Positions 28,978 through 39,169 of a DNA stretch of 64,000 nucleotides are shown here, piece by piece; the stretch's first letter is position 1; every line of letters begins with the position of its first letter. The stretch covers positions 29,647-93,646 of the forward strand of contig JAZSCM010000003.1 in the NCBI GenBank assembly GCA_045602945.1, given 5' to 3'. Made by a program: the position numbers and the translations under genes. The notes beneath the pieces are model-generated. The model saw only the letters and a list, made by a program, of their open reading frames with translations. It was not told where the DNA came from and did no database searches. This DNA comes from Acutalibacteraceae bacterium. Lineage in GTDB: Bacteria; Bacillota; Clostridia; Oscillospirales; Acutalibacteraceae.

Positions 28978-29840
28978 GATAATTCCTCCGTGAGTTGATC
29001 TATAATAGTTTCCCATTCTCCAACAACACCGTAATCAGCATATTGGAAAATCGGAGCCTTGGGGTCGTTATTAATAGCGATAACAGTATCTGAGCCCGAC
29101 ATACCCGCCAGATGCTGTACTGCACCGCTGATACCAACGGCAATATAAAGTTTTGGAGCAACGGTAACACCCGTCATTCCAACCTGTGACGAATATGGCG
29201 CGTACCCTGCATCAACAGCGTTTCTTGACGCGCCCATAACACCGCCAATAAGCCTTGCAAAATTATTTAATTTTTCAAAGCCTTCCTTTGAGCCTACACC
29301 TGCACCGCCCGCAACAATAATTTTTGCGTCGCTGATAACTTTTGCATCGGTAATAGGTAAAAACTCTAACAGTTTTACTATCTGAGAGGTTTTGGCATTT
29401 AACACCTCGACCTTAACGTTGTTCTTTGTTTGTGTTACAGGAAAGGTTTTAGGCCTTACGGTAGCCATTTGTACAAAACTTATCGTCTCGATATCTGCAA
29501 TTATACTATTACCGAAAGCGGGACGTGTTTGAAGCAATTTACCGTCCTGCGTTATATCTAAATAGGTGCAATCGGCGGTAAGCCCTGCTTGTAAGTTGTA
29601 AGCAAGGATTGGAAGTATAGCCCGTAAACGAACAGTCGCGGAAGCGAGTATTACTCTGGCGTTCTTCACTACCGAAATTAGTTCTTTTGCAATTAATAAA
29701 TCATCGGCAGTTGAGTCTTCAAGATTAGCAATAGAAATTATTCTAAAAGATAATTTTCCTTTATCGGCTAGTTCGATTGCCTTACATCGCAGTCCAAAGT
29801 CGAGTTGTTTTCCCTCAATAAGCAACAATTCTTGCTTCAT
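28974..29840 (-). CDS. etfA: electron transfer flavoprotein alpha subunit (short form)
   Basis: 288 aa. C-terminal FAD-binding signature: GASR..VD.G......QVG.TG..V.P.LYIA.GISGA.QH..G. No N-terminal ferredoxin domain. Confidence 0.85.
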   Translation of the reverse strand: MKQELLLIEGKQLDFGLRCKAIELADKGKLSFRIISIANLEDSTADDLLIAKELISVVKNARVILASATVRLRAILPILAYNLQAGLTADCTYLDITQDGKLLQTRPAFGNSIIADIETISFVQMATVRPKTFPVTQTKNNVKVEVLNAKTSQIVKLLEFLPITDAKVISDAKIIVAGGAGVGSKEGFEKLNNFARLIGGVMGASRNAVDAGYAPYSSQVGMTGVTVAPKLYIAVGISGAVQHLAGMSGSDTVIAINNDPKAPIFQYADYGVVGEWETIIDQLTEELS

Positions 29841-30607
29841 TGTGGCACCTCCCGAATTTTTTCTGCCAATAAATCTATATCGCAGTAATTACACATACGC
29901 AAACCGGGGGCTTTTGTATCTACATTAACCACCTTGGTTTTAGAGCCTATAAGGCCGCATTCTTCGGCGGTCAAGCCTATTGTGTCAGCATTTAAAATTT
30001 GGACTACTTTATCACGTGCACGGCGTTTACCCATTATACTGGGAAGTCTGAGTTGATACGAGTATTCAGAAATTGAAAGTACACATGGTGACGGTATGCT
30101 TAGGTGTGCGGTGCCGTTTTCAAGCCGCCGTTCACATATGAAGGTATCATCTTTCACGCTGAGTTTTTGTATATTGGTTATAACCGGAACGTTGAATGCC
30201 GCCGCCAATTGACCGGGAATTTGCCCTGTTTCTGCATCAATAGCCCTACGGCCACACAAAATACAATCAAATTCACCCAAATACTCTATAGCACGTGAGA
30301 GTGATTTTGCCGTTGCAAAGCTATCAGCACCGCCAAGAATAATATCGCTAAGTAAAACAACACGATCTATTCCTAATGCATAAAGTTCTTGTAGTGTTTG
30401 CTCGGTCTTACTAGGCCCCATAGACAAAACTACAATTTCTATCTCGGGCGTTGCCGATTTAAGTTTTAAAGCGGCTTCAAGTGCAGAAAGGTCCGCTATA
30501 TTAAGTTGTAGATTAGTCGAATCACGTTTTAGCCTAAACTGACCGTCCATTTCAGCGGTATCGGCAGTCGGCACTAGTTTTGTACAAACTAATATCCTCT
30601 TAATCAT
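29837..30607 (-). CDS. etfB: electron transfer flavoprotein beta subunit
   Basis: 256 aa, EtfB-like (ILVC.K.VP, D.ILCGR.AID..TGQ). 4-nt overlap with etfA. Confidence 0.85.
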   Translation of the reverse strand: MIKRILVCTKLVPTADTAEMDGQFRLKRDSTNLQLNIADLSALEAALKLKSATPEIEIVVLSMGPSKTEQTLQELYALGIDRVVLLSDIILGGADSFATAKSLSRAIEYLGEFDCILCGRRAIDAETGQIPGQLAAAFNVPVITNIQKLSVKDDTFICERRLENGTAHLSIPSPCVLSISEYSYQLRLPSIMGKRRARDKVVQILNADTIGLTAEECGLIGSKTKVVNVDTKAPGLRMCNYCDIDLLAEKIREVPQ

Positions 30608-30670
30608 AAACTTTCCTTTATACTTTTTTGCCCGCTACGATTAAAACCATAGCGGGTAAAAATAATTTAA

Positions 30671-31750
30671 TTATAACAATTTATCAAGTGCGGTAAATAA
30701 ATCCACAAGTTCCTTTTCTTGTGGCACACATTCATTTAAGCACAAAAAAGCCTCGGGATTTGCTACAAGCATAGCATTTGTGTTGGTGCGCAACATATCC
30801 TGCCAACGACCGCCCGCTACCTTTACGGTGATTTCGGGCATATATGCCAAAGCTAAAGCCGTGCCGCAAGACTTAGCAAGGCGTTCCTTGTTAAACATTT
30901 CTGACATTTCAAAGCCTGATGCCTTAGCAATATTACGTATAGGTTCAAACTCGTGGAAGCTACGTGCCAATCGGTCGTCATCATGACATACACCGGATAG
31001 GTTCTTAACAGATTTAGGTGAAATCTTGCCTTCCTTTAGGAGTTTATCTACGTATGCGGTAGCAGTTACAACCTCAGCGTTAATTTCGCAACCCCATTCA
31101 GCATAATGCTGTAACATTATTTCTGCATCATAACTGTCTAAAACTATCACTGTAGGCAGATTTGCCTCGTTGATTGCATTAGCGCAAGCCTTTGCCTGTT
31201 CTGCAACCTCTTCAACATAGCCCATTAAATCCGCCAGCATAAAGCCTGAAGCAGGTTCTTTATCAAGTACCTTTGCACTAACACCTGCTTTTTTAAGTAT
31301 GCTGAGTAAAGCTTTAGCCATTTGGGGAACCTTACAAGCCGCAACTTCACCAACATATACAAGCACGTCGGTACCTTCTTGTGCAAAAGATGGCTTTTCA
31401 ATTCCATAAATATTTCCGCTGTTCTCAATATTTTCAATTAGCTTCATTACAGATTCTGGTGCTAAATCGTTAACTACAGCCTCGGTTCTTGCCTCTCTGA
31501 TAAATAGCGGTGGCTGATAACCTGTGCAGCAATCGTTAACACAGGCATCGCAAAGCATACATTCGTACATTGCCTGGGCCATATCCTTATCAAATTCGGC
31601 TGAGTTTTTTGAAACCATACTAAGCAATAATCCCTTAGCACGAGGTGTATTCAGTTCTTTACCTGTCTGATGCTGTACCGGACATAGATGACGGCACATC
31701 CAACAAAAGCGGCATTTTTGAGCATGCTGTAACGCTTTTTGACTTATCAT
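30671..31750 (-). CDS. (Fe-S)-binding oxidoreductase subunit (GlcF / heterodisulfide-reductase-related)
   Basis: 359 aa with two ferredoxin-type Cys clusters near the N-terminus (CRFCWMCRHLCP and CMLCDACVNDC). Confidence 0.7.
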   Translation of the reverse strand: MISQKALQHAQKCRFCWMCRHLCPVQHQTGKELNTPRAKGLLLSMVSKNSAEFDKDMAQAMYECMLCDACVNDCCTGYQPPLFIREARTEAVVNDLAPESVMKLIENIENSGNIYGIEKPSFAQEGTDVLVYVGEVAACKVPQMAKALLSILKKAGVSAKVLDKEPASGFMLADLMGYVEEVAEQAKACANAINEANLPTVIVLDSYDAEIMLQHYAEWGCEINAEVVTATAYVDKLLKEGKISPKSVKNLSGVCHDDDRLARSFHEFEPIRNIAKASGFEMSEMFNKERLAKSCGTALALAYMPEITVKVAGGRWQDMLRTNTNAMLVANPEAFLCLNECVPQEKELVDLFTALDKLL

Positions 31751-31765
31751 TTACAAAACCTCCTG

Positions 31766-33196
31766 TTAAAGACCCAACTTATATGGGTTCATAATACCGT
31801 TAGGATCAAGTTCACGCTTTAGTGACTGTAACACCTGCATAGCAGGACCGTACTGTTCCTTCATTAAACGTGATAACTTAAGACCTATACCGTGATGATC
31901 GTTTAACACACCGCCATTTTCAAGTGCGGCGCGTACGCCTGCATTCCAAATACGGTTATGTAAGCGTAATGCTTCTTCAGGATCTGCTGGAGGATTGTCA
32001 ATTATAAATCTGGAATAGTTCATAGCGCCCCAATCATACCAGTGAGAGCTGTGTGAAATAAAGCGCACCTTGTTTTCCTTGAAATTATCCTCAACAGCAG
32101 CTTTCATAGCACGGTAAATTTTTTCGATATTATCGTGAGTAGCAACTGTATCTAAAGTGCCAAACATCTGAGGTAGGTCCATAATATGACCCGGATAGAA
32201 GAATGTAATTCGGTTTTCAAACCACTTTTCACCGTACTCATGACCTAAATACTGAGCACCGTATTTTTCAGCAATCTCAAGAACAATTTCTTCCTCAGCG
32301 GCTACAATCTTTTTGTGACCTTCGAGGGTGAGATTTAAAAACGAGCCCTTCTTTTCAAAACCGATTACCTTCTTAACGATCGAAACGGTTTCGGCTTCGT
32401 CAAAAAGACGGACAATAGAAGGCTTAACAGCCTGTACAATCTCACGGCAAGCCTGATATCCTACGTGTATATCCGAGAATAAAAAGGCGTGATGAGTGCG
32501 AACTTCAGGCAGTTTCACAATTTTAAACTTTGCCTTGGTCATAATACCAAGTGTACCCTCAGAGCCTATAAAGAACGGTAATAAGTTTGGACCTGTAGAA
32601 TGCTTCGGTACAGGTAACGTGTTAATAATATCGCCGTTTGGAAGAACTACCTCCATTGATAAACACATATCATCCATTTTACCGTATTTAGTAGATAAAA
32701 TTCCTATGCCGTTATGTGCCAAAGCGCCACCAACGGTGCAACAGGTCATACAAGACGGCAGGTGCATTACGGAATAGCCTCTCTCGTTAACGTAATCCTC
32801 AAGAGTTGAGAAAATCATACCCGTTTCACAGGTAACAGTACCTGCTTCAACGTTTAGATCAATTAGTTTATCCATACGCTTAATATCAAGCAAAATACCG
32901 CCTGCAACAGGAAGTGCACCGCCTTGGCTACCGGAACCGCCGCCCCACGTGGTAACGGGAATCTTATAGTAGTTAGCGATTTTCAGCACCTTAGATACTT
33001 CCTCAGTAGAGCCGGGACGCACAACGATATCAGGCATTGGGCCCTCTTCACCGGCATCCTGCCATTTGCGGCTGAGCCAAAAGTAATCTACACTGTATAC
33101 CGCACGCTCATTTTTCTTGGTTGAGACGTTTTCTACGCCTACCGCATCCTCAAGTTCGGAGCGGATCATGTGGAACATCAAAGATCTTTCTTGCAT
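31766..33196 (-). CDS. FAD-binding oxidase (GlcD / D-lactate dehydrogenase family)
   Basis: 476 aa with an FAD_binding_4-type N-terminal half (P..VV.P.S.EEVS.V....N....PV...GGGS) and a C-terminal HHG.G motif. Confidence 0.8.
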   Translation of the reverse strand: MQERSLMFHMIRSELEDAVGVENVSTKKNERAVYSVDYFWLSRKWQDAGEEGPMPDIVVRPGSTEEVSKVLKIANYYKIPVTTWGGGSGSQGGALPVAGGILLDIKRMDKLIDLNVEAGTVTCETGMIFSTLEDYVNERGYSVMHLPSCMTCCTVGGALAHNGIGILSTKYGKMDDMCLSMEVVLPNGDIINTLPVPKHSTGPNLLPFFIGSEGTLGIMTKAKFKIVKLPEVRTHHAFLFSDIHVGYQACREIVQAVKPSIVRLFDEAETVSIVKKVIGFEKKGSFLNLTLEGHKKIVAAEEEIVLEIAEKYGAQYLGHEYGEKWFENRITFFYPGHIMDLPQMFGTLDTVATHDNIEKIYRAMKAAVEDNFKENKVRFISHSSHWYDWGAMNYSRFIIDNPPADPEEALRLHNRIWNAGVRAALENGGVLNDHHGIGLKLSRLMKEQYGPAMQVLQSLKRELDPNGIMNPYKLGL

Positions 33197-33213
33197 GATA
33201 AATATCCTTTCTG

Positions 33214-33879
33214 CTAATCAATGGGATTAATTACCCAATTTTCGCCGTAGATGCCCGGGTAGCCGCCCCTTTGCACCAACGATGTATTATCTTCATGGGC
33301 GAGTAACCACTTATTTTTTGCCCACAATAAACCTTGCTTACGATTTTCAAGAGGAAGGTTTGTGCCGCGCTGTAATCCTACTATGCACGAAAAACCGTCC
33401 TTTGTTACTTCACAGGGACAAAAATGCAAAGTATCTGCAAAAATCTCAACCATTTCGCCCTGCTGTAGATAAAATGCTTTAATTTTATTTGCATCTAAAC
33501 GATAGTTTGAATCCATATCGCTGCGCTTTGCCAAGAGTAAAACCAATTCCCTTACAGCAATATTAAATTCATTACAGGTGTGCCATTCAAGTGCATTAAG
33601 CTGACTTGAATGACCAAGACAAATACCTATTTGTTCATCTAATTGTCCACAATATTCTTCTTGAAACGAAGTAGCTTCAGATAAAGTTTCAAGTTCTGCA
33701 ACCGATGCCAAATATTTGCTACCCTCGCTAGGAAATTCTACCGTAGCTTCTGCTGTATTGCAAAATGCGGTGGTATCAACCGAAATAACGCGACCGTACT
33801 GACTAAATTCCTCATCGTGAACAGAATAAATATGAATATAGGGGTTAGCCTGATTTAATTTTTCAAGTTTATTCATCAA
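33214..33879 (-). CDS. cupin-like protein, DUF4867-like (tentative)
   Basis: 221 aa. Size, context and general pattern recall DUF4867. Not verified by search. Confidence 0.5.
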   Translation of the reverse strand: MMNKLEKLNQANPYIHIYSVHDEEFSQYGRVISVDTTAFCNTAEATVEFPSEGSKYLASVAELETLSEATSFQEEYCGQLDEQIGICLGHSSQLNALEWHTCNEFNIAVRELVLLLAKRSDMDSNYRLDANKIKAFYLQQGEMVEIFADTLHFCPCEVTKDGFSCIVGLQRGTNLPLENRKQGLLWAKNKWLLAHEDNTSLVQRGGYPGIYGENWVINPID

Positions 33880-34789
33880 CCGTTACCCCCTTGTTTTGTT
33901 TTATAAAATCTTCAACTTCTTCAAAGCTTGGAATTCCCTCTTGAGCGCCAACACGTGTGCATTTAAGCGCTGATGTAGCCGATGCAAAGGTGGCAGACTC
34001 AAAAACTGAGAGTCCTTTTACTCTTGCCGCCAAAAACGCGCCGTGGAAGGTATCGCCCGCACCGTTACTGTCTATTGCATTAACAGGAAATACAGGATAG
34101 CGAACTGCACTGTTGTTTTCCCAAATAAAGCCGCCGCGACTACCTTGTGTTATAATCAAGGTTTCGGGCTTGAATCTTTCATACAGCAACGCCGCCGCTT
34201 GTTCTACGGTTTTACAGCCTGTATATTTTAAAGCAAACTCCTCTGATGGAATAAGCACGTCAACAAGCGGTAACAAATCGTCAATTCCCGGATACGGATT
34301 TCCCGCATCTAAGCTTACCTTTACACCAAAATCCTTGGCTTTTTTGGAAGCATAAATAGCGCAGTTCATTTGATGACCGTCTAGGTGTAAATAAGCGGCA
34401 TTCTTTAAAACGTCAAGATTTATATCGGTATATTCGGGCGGAGTAACCGTTCCTCTATTCCAAATACAAGTACGACTTGCGTTATTGACGTTTAATAAAA
34501 CCACACTGTGAAAGGATTGAGAATCAGCTACAGTCCGCACGTTGTCACGGCCAACGCCGAAGGTATCAAAAGCGCCTTTGATGTAATCACCGTACATATC
34601 GTCACCTAAAGTTCCCATATAACAGCTTTTAACACCTAGCTTGCTTACAGCCACAAGGCCTGTAAAACAAGGTCCGCCGCCCTGAAATTTAGTTTGTGAG
34701 CTTTGCAATTTTGTATCTTCTTTTGGAAAACTGTCAACTGTTACCAAGATATCCAGTACAGCCGCACCAATTCCAACTACCTGTGACAT
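33869..34789 (-). CDS. PfkB-family sugar(-acid/phosphate) kinase
   Basis: 306 aa with the N-terminal GGG...... motif and the C-terminal DSNGAGDTF..AF anion-hole motif. Confidence 0.85.
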   Translation of the reverse strand: MSQVVGIGAAVLDILVTVDSFPKEDTKLQSSQTKFQGGGPCFTGLVAVSKLGVKSCYMGTLGDDMYGDYIKGAFDTFGVGRDNVRTVADSQSFHSVVLLNVNNASRTCIWNRGTVTPPEYTDINLDVLKNAAYLHLDGHQMNCAIYASKKAKDFGVKVSLDAGNPYPGIDDLLPLVDVLIPSEEFALKYTGCKTVEQAAALLYERFKPETLIITQGSRGGFIWENNSAVRYPVFPVNAIDSNGAGDTFHGAFLAARVKGLSVFESATFASATSALKCTRVGAQEGIPSFEEVEDFIKQNKGVTVDE

Positions 34790-34790
34790 A

Positions 34791-35609
34791 TCAGCACGCC
34801 CCTAACAGTTTTATCTTATCAATAGCAAATTCTTTAACCGACTTAATTGGGTCTTTCATATAGGTATCAATACCTATAATACTAGGATCTACCTTGCGCA
34901 CAGCGTCAAGGAATGAACAGCACACGTCGGTACCAAAGTTAACCTTGCGAATACCCGCTTCAATAGAAGCGCGGATTTGCTCGTCAGGAACACCGCTACC
35001 GCCATGGAGTACCAGATGTGCATCAAGTGCTTCGTGAAGCTCTGCAATTCTCTGCAAAGCTAAAACAGGAGCCTGCTTATAGTGGCCGTGAGCAGTACCA
35101 ACTGCAACAGCTAGTGCCGAAACACCCGTTTCGTTTACAAAACGAACTGCTTCATCCACCTTAGTATATTCGGTGGTAACACCGTCCTTAGCAGAGCCTA
35201 CGTGACCTAACTCACCTTCAACAGTAACGTTTGTCGCTTTAGCCATATCAACAACCGACTTGGTAATGGCAATATTTTCGTCAAGCGGCTTTGCAGAAGC
35301 ATCAATCATAACACCGGTTGCACCGTAGCGCAAAGCACGTAAAACCTGAGGAACACCTGCGCCGTGATCAATATGGAATGCCGCAGGTACGCTCATTGTA
35401 TCAACAGCCTCCATAATGATAGGAGCAACAAATTGTGCCAGTTCAGAATCAAAAAGACGGCTATACATCTGGAAAATTACGGGGGCGCCTGTCTCTTCGG
35501 CGGCTTGCATAACACCAAGCACAGTTTCTAAGTTATAAACGTTAAAGGCAGGAATAGCAAATTTGCCTTCTTCGCCAATTTGAAGAATTTCATTTAAGTC
35601 GTAACGCAT
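34791..35609 (-). CDS. class II ketose-bisphosphate aldolase (FBA/tagatose-bisphosphate/IolJ family)
   Basis: 272 aa with IPAFNV.N.E, HIDHG, GELG..G, LAVA.GTAHG and LVLHGGSG. Confidence 0.85.
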   Translation of the reverse strand: MRYDLNEILQIGEEGKFAIPAFNVYNLETVLGVMQAAEETGAPVIFQMYSRLFDSELAQFVAPIIMEAVDTMSVPAAFHIDHGAGVPQVLRALRYGATGVMIDASAKPLDENIAITKSVVDMAKATNVTVEGELGHVGSAKDGVTTEYTKVDEAVRFVNETGVSALAVAVGTAHGHYKQAPVLALQRIAELHEALDAHLVLHGGSGVPDEQIRASIEAGIRKVNFGTDVCCSFLDAVRKVDPSIIGIDTYMKDPIKSVKEFAIDKIKLLGAC

Positions 35610-35625
35610 AGTAATCTTCTCCTAA

Positions 35626-37017
35626 TTAATCGATATTGTCATATTTAAGACCAGGTATATATTTACAGAATTCTCTGATGTGCTCGGTTAAATCACCTTC
35701 GATTTCAGAAACGTGATGTATGTATGGACCTTCAATAAGGTTACGCTCAACCTTAGAAAGATCATTAAATTTAGCCCATAGATAAGTACCGTTGGTATAA
35801 GGTCCTTCTGCACTGTCACAGGTACAAACGGCAATTGAATAGTCGCCGTGATCCTGATCAATTCGCGCAACCGTATAGTGACCTTCTTTAACCTGGAACC
35901 ATTCCTGCATATTAACAACCTTACAGGGTTCGCCTTGCTTGTGAAGTGAGTAAGCAAAAGGTCCGCAATGCCATAAAAGTTCTACGTTGCGGTCGGACGG
36001 GTGTCTTGTTGTGAACTCGCCGAGGAAAGGAAGCTTTTTGCCTAACGTCAAGCTTTTAAGAACCACCTGAGTCATAGCGGCGTGAACGTCACTTTCACAA
36101 CTGATAATGTAGCCCATATCGGCTAAAATAGCGTATGCGGCACAAGGTAAAGCACCTACAAGCAATCTCATAGCAGACCAACATTCAGCCGAAATAGCCG
36201 AAACCTTATATTCTGCAAAAATTTCTTGATAAAGAATTACGAAAGCATAAATTTTTTCTGCTGCGGCATCGGAAGCCTCGTCTAACTGATACATTTCACG
36301 AAGCATAGCGGCACCTTTAGCCAATTCATCCTGCTTTGTAGCCAAAATACGATTATATTTATCAAGCGCAACCGCCAAATTAATAGGAATAATGCGAACG
36401 TCGAACTTTTCCATTAACTCGCTCTCGTTAGAGATTACTGAGCAGAATGGCTTAGGACGGCAACCAACCTGTGCTATTCTCATTCCTGTAAAATTCTTAA
36501 CTGCACAAGCAACACCCGCAAATTTAAGAAGGCCTTCAGCAAAAATAGGATCTTCTATACGGCAGTTTTCTATGTAAGAAAAAGGAATGTTCATTCGCTG
36601 AAGCATTCTGCTTGTGCCAAACAAACCGCACTGTGAATCGGTATAGCGTGTGCCGTCCGGCTCAAAAACGTCGTCCTGTGGGCCCCATAAAAGCACCGGC
36701 TTGCCTAAAGCCTTAGCAACCATACCCGCAGCCTCTTCGTTGCCGAAGTTTCCGTTGATTAAAAATACAGCGTCAACCTTTTCATCTTTAAAACGGTTAA
36801 CAATTTTATCAACGTCTGCCTCGGAATAAAGCACACCAACGTCGTTAATGCCCTCAAGGTCAACAAAGCTTATAACATCACTTGAAAAATTGTTTTTGAT
36901 ATAATTTACTGCGTTAGCACAACGTTCCTCTGCCCTTTCCCAATTGAAAGCACCGGGACGTGCCGTAACGTCACGTCTTAGAGGAACAAGACCTATTTTT
37001 ACCTGATATTGTATCAT
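35626..37017 (-). CDS. L-fucose/L-arabinose isomerase-family protein (short, ~460 aa type)
   Basis: 463 aa counted from ATG 37017. Family assignment comes from the general pattern and length (recall). It is not a canonical 590-aa FucI. Confidence 0.6.
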   Translation of the reverse strand: MIQYQVKIGLVPLRRDVTARPGAFNWERAEERCANAVNYIKNNFSSDVISFVDLEGINDVGVLYSEADVDKIVNRFKDEKVDAVFLINGNFGNEEAAGMVAKALGKPVLLWGPQDDVFEPDGTRYTDSQCGLFGTSRMLQRMNIPFSYIENCRIEDPIFAEGLLKFAGVACAVKNFTGMRIAQVGCRPKPFCSVISNESELMEKFDVRIIPINLAVALDKYNRILATKQDELAKGAAMLREMYQLDEASDAAAEKIYAFVILYQEIFAEYKVSAISAECWSAMRLLVGALPCAAYAILADMGYIISCESDVHAAMTQVVLKSLTLGKKLPFLGEFTTRHPSDRNVELLWHCGPFAYSLHKQGEPCKVVNMQEWFQVKEGHYTVARIDQDHGDYSIAVCTCDSAEGPYTNGTYLWAKFNDLSKVERNLIEGPYIHHVSEIEGDLTEHIREFCKYIPGLKYDNID

Positions 37018-37053
37018 AAAGCACCTCGTCAAAAGTTATTTATAATTAATGAT

Positions 37054-38106
37054 TTAAAGTTCACAATATAGCACTTGATTTTGTTTAGCAGAAGCAAAAG
37101 CCAAATCAATAATTTGCATTACTCTTAGTGTTTGTGAAGGCTCAATACATAAAGCTTCGATACCTTCTAACACGTTAGCAAAATTTTTGTAGAAAAAGCC
37201 CGTGTCGGCTTTGACCCTCGGCAGTGGCTTTTCTGCCACTGTATCGTTAGCCCTTGGAGCCATAGTAATTGAAGGCCCTGCAATATTGGGTTTAATTTCA
37301 TCTTCCCAAGAAATATTCTCGTTTGTAAGCGTTACAACCTTACCCGATAAATCCCAATAATCTATTTGAGCACTTCCCTTTCTGCCAAAAGCATACCACA
37401 GCGGATGCATAATATAATTGCAGGTTCCAATCTCAATTAAAGCAGAAAGTCCTGTATCAAATTCGAGTTCGAGTCTAAAGTTATCGTCTGCATCAAGCGG
37501 AAGAAGCTGTTGTCTTCTCATAAATACCGAAGTAACCTTACCCTTTGTCAAAAGCAGTATCTGGTCAATTAGGTGTGAACCCCAATCGTAAAGCATACCG
37601 CCGCCGAATTCCTTTTTTCGTCGCCAGGTATCAGCAATACCTCTTGACCCTTCTACACGGCTTTCTAAACGGAAAACCTCACCAAGCTCCCCGTCCTCAA
37701 CAAGTTTTTTAATTATTAAAAAATCCTCATCCATACGCCTGTTTTGATGGCAGGTCAGTATTAAATTTTTATCCCTTGCCGTTTCCATCAAAATTTTGAA
37801 TTCATCGGCAGTAAGTGTTGCAGGCTTTTCGCAGATTACGTGTTTACCGCAATCTAGCGCCAGCTTAGCCAATGGAAAGTGGAGATTATTTGGAGTAGCA
37901 ATAAGAACAGCCTCAATCTCGGGATTTTTTAATAGCTTTTTTGGGTCGTCGTAAGTTTCTAAACCGTCAGCTTTTGCTAGTTCCCGTCTTTTAGGAGAAC
38001 TGTCACAGGCGGCAACGTAACGAATATTGTCCGGCTTTGGTGTTTTGTTATGGTGATAAGAGCCCATACCGCCATAACCGATAATGCCAAGCTTATGAAC
38101 AGCCAT
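37054..38106 (-). CDS. Gfo/Idh/MocA-family oxidoreductase
   Basis: 350 aa counted from ATG 38106, with an N-terminal Rossmann motif (LGIIGYGGMG) and EKP. Confidence 0.85.
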   Translation of the reverse strand: MAVHKLGIIGYGGMGSYHHNKTPKPDNIRYVAACDSSPKRRELAKADGLETYDDPKKLLKNPEIEAVLIATPNNLHFPLAKLALDCGKHVICEKPATLTADEFKILMETARDKNLILTCHQNRRMDEDFLIIKKLVEDGELGEVFRLESRVEGSRGIADTWRRKKEFGGGMLYDWGSHLIDQILLLTKGKVTSVFMRRQQLLPLDADDNFRLELEFDTGLSALIEIGTCNYIMHPLWYAFGRKGSAQIDYWDLSGKVVTLTNENISWEDEIKPNIAGPSITMAPRANDTVAEKPLPRVKADTGFFYKNFANVLEGIEALCIEPSQTLRVMQIIDLAFASAKQNQVLYCEL

Positions 38107-38110
38107 ATTA

Positions 38111-39154
38111 TCACACCTTAACAACGCTATCAGTCTTAGCAGACTCAATTAGAGCGTCTACTATCTTTTGACAAACAGCACCCTCGGTTACAAATGGGAA
38201 GCCGTCGAACTTTTCGCCTAAAGCGGCGCGAATGAAGGTTTCCTCTTGTGTGATATTGTATTTTTCAGGAACCTTGACTGTATGTAAGCAATCGGTTTCC
38301 CTGTCAACATCACCGATACAAACGGTAAGCTCGTCGGGATTGTTAAGGTTAAACTGCAGTACACCCTCGGTACCGAATATTTCGAATTTTATTGTGTTGT
38401 CGTTACCTATAGCACAGCGTGAAATAAGGAAGTTTGCCTTAACGTCGTTCTCAAGCTTTGCCATAAAGGAAGCCAAATCCTCGGTTTCAACGTCGGCGTA
38501 TTCATCGCTATCAAGCTTTTGACGTTGTTTTACTACTATCTCGGTTGTAGCGTAAACAGACTTAAACTCACCAACCAAATATCTTGCCATATCAATAAGA
38601 TGAACACCGAGATCACCGATAACGCCGCAACCTGCATATTCATTAACAAAGCGCCAGTCTAAACGGCGGCCCGGCCAAAATCCGCTTGATTTGAAATAAG
38701 CAACATCAATATTGATGATTTTTCCAAGCTTACCCTCTTCAATCAGGTGCTTAGCGTAACGAACAGCAGGCATAAAACGGTATGAAAAACAGGTCATATT
38801 AACAATTCCTGCTTTATCAATAGCGCTAAGAAGCTCATTGACGTTTTCACAGTCAACACTTAAAGGCTTCTCAACCTCAAGTGCCTTGCCGCTAGCCACA
38901 ACCTCCATAGCCATAGGAATATGAAGATAGTTTGGTGTGCAAATTTCTACTGCTTGTACTTCTTGACAAGCAATCAAATCCTTGGAATCTGTAAAGCGGT
39001 TGCATTCGGGAATTCCGAGATTGTCGCCTACTGTCTTTAAAGTTTCGGGATTAATATCGCAAATAGCAACTATTTCGCCCTTATCACAATCACCTATTTC
39101 GGCAATATGTTTTTTAGAAATACCGCCTAGACCGATAATACCAATTTTAAGCAT
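38111..39154 (-). CDS. Gfo/Idh/MocA-family oxidoreductase
   Basis: 347 aa counted from ATG 39154 (GGAGG 8 nt upstream), with IGIIGLGGI and EKP. Confidence 0.85.
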   Translation of the reverse strand: MLKIGIIGLGGISKKHIAEIGDCDKGEIVAICDINPETLKTVGDNLGIPECNRFTDSKDLIACQEVQAVEICTPNYLHIPMAMEVVASGKALEVEKPLSVDCENVNELLSAIDKAGIVNMTCFSYRFMPAVRYAKHLIEEGKLGKIINIDVAYFKSSGFWPGRRLDWRFVNEYAGCGVIGDLGVHLIDMARYLVGEFKSVYATTEIVVKQRQKLDSDEYADVETEDLASFMAKLENDVKANFLISRCAIGNDNTIKFEIFGTEGVLQFNLNNPDELTVCIGDVDRETDCLHTVKVPEKYNITQEETFIRAALGEKFDGFPFVTEGAVCQKIVDALIESAKTDSVVKV

Positions 39155-39169
39155 TTTATGTGCCTCCAA

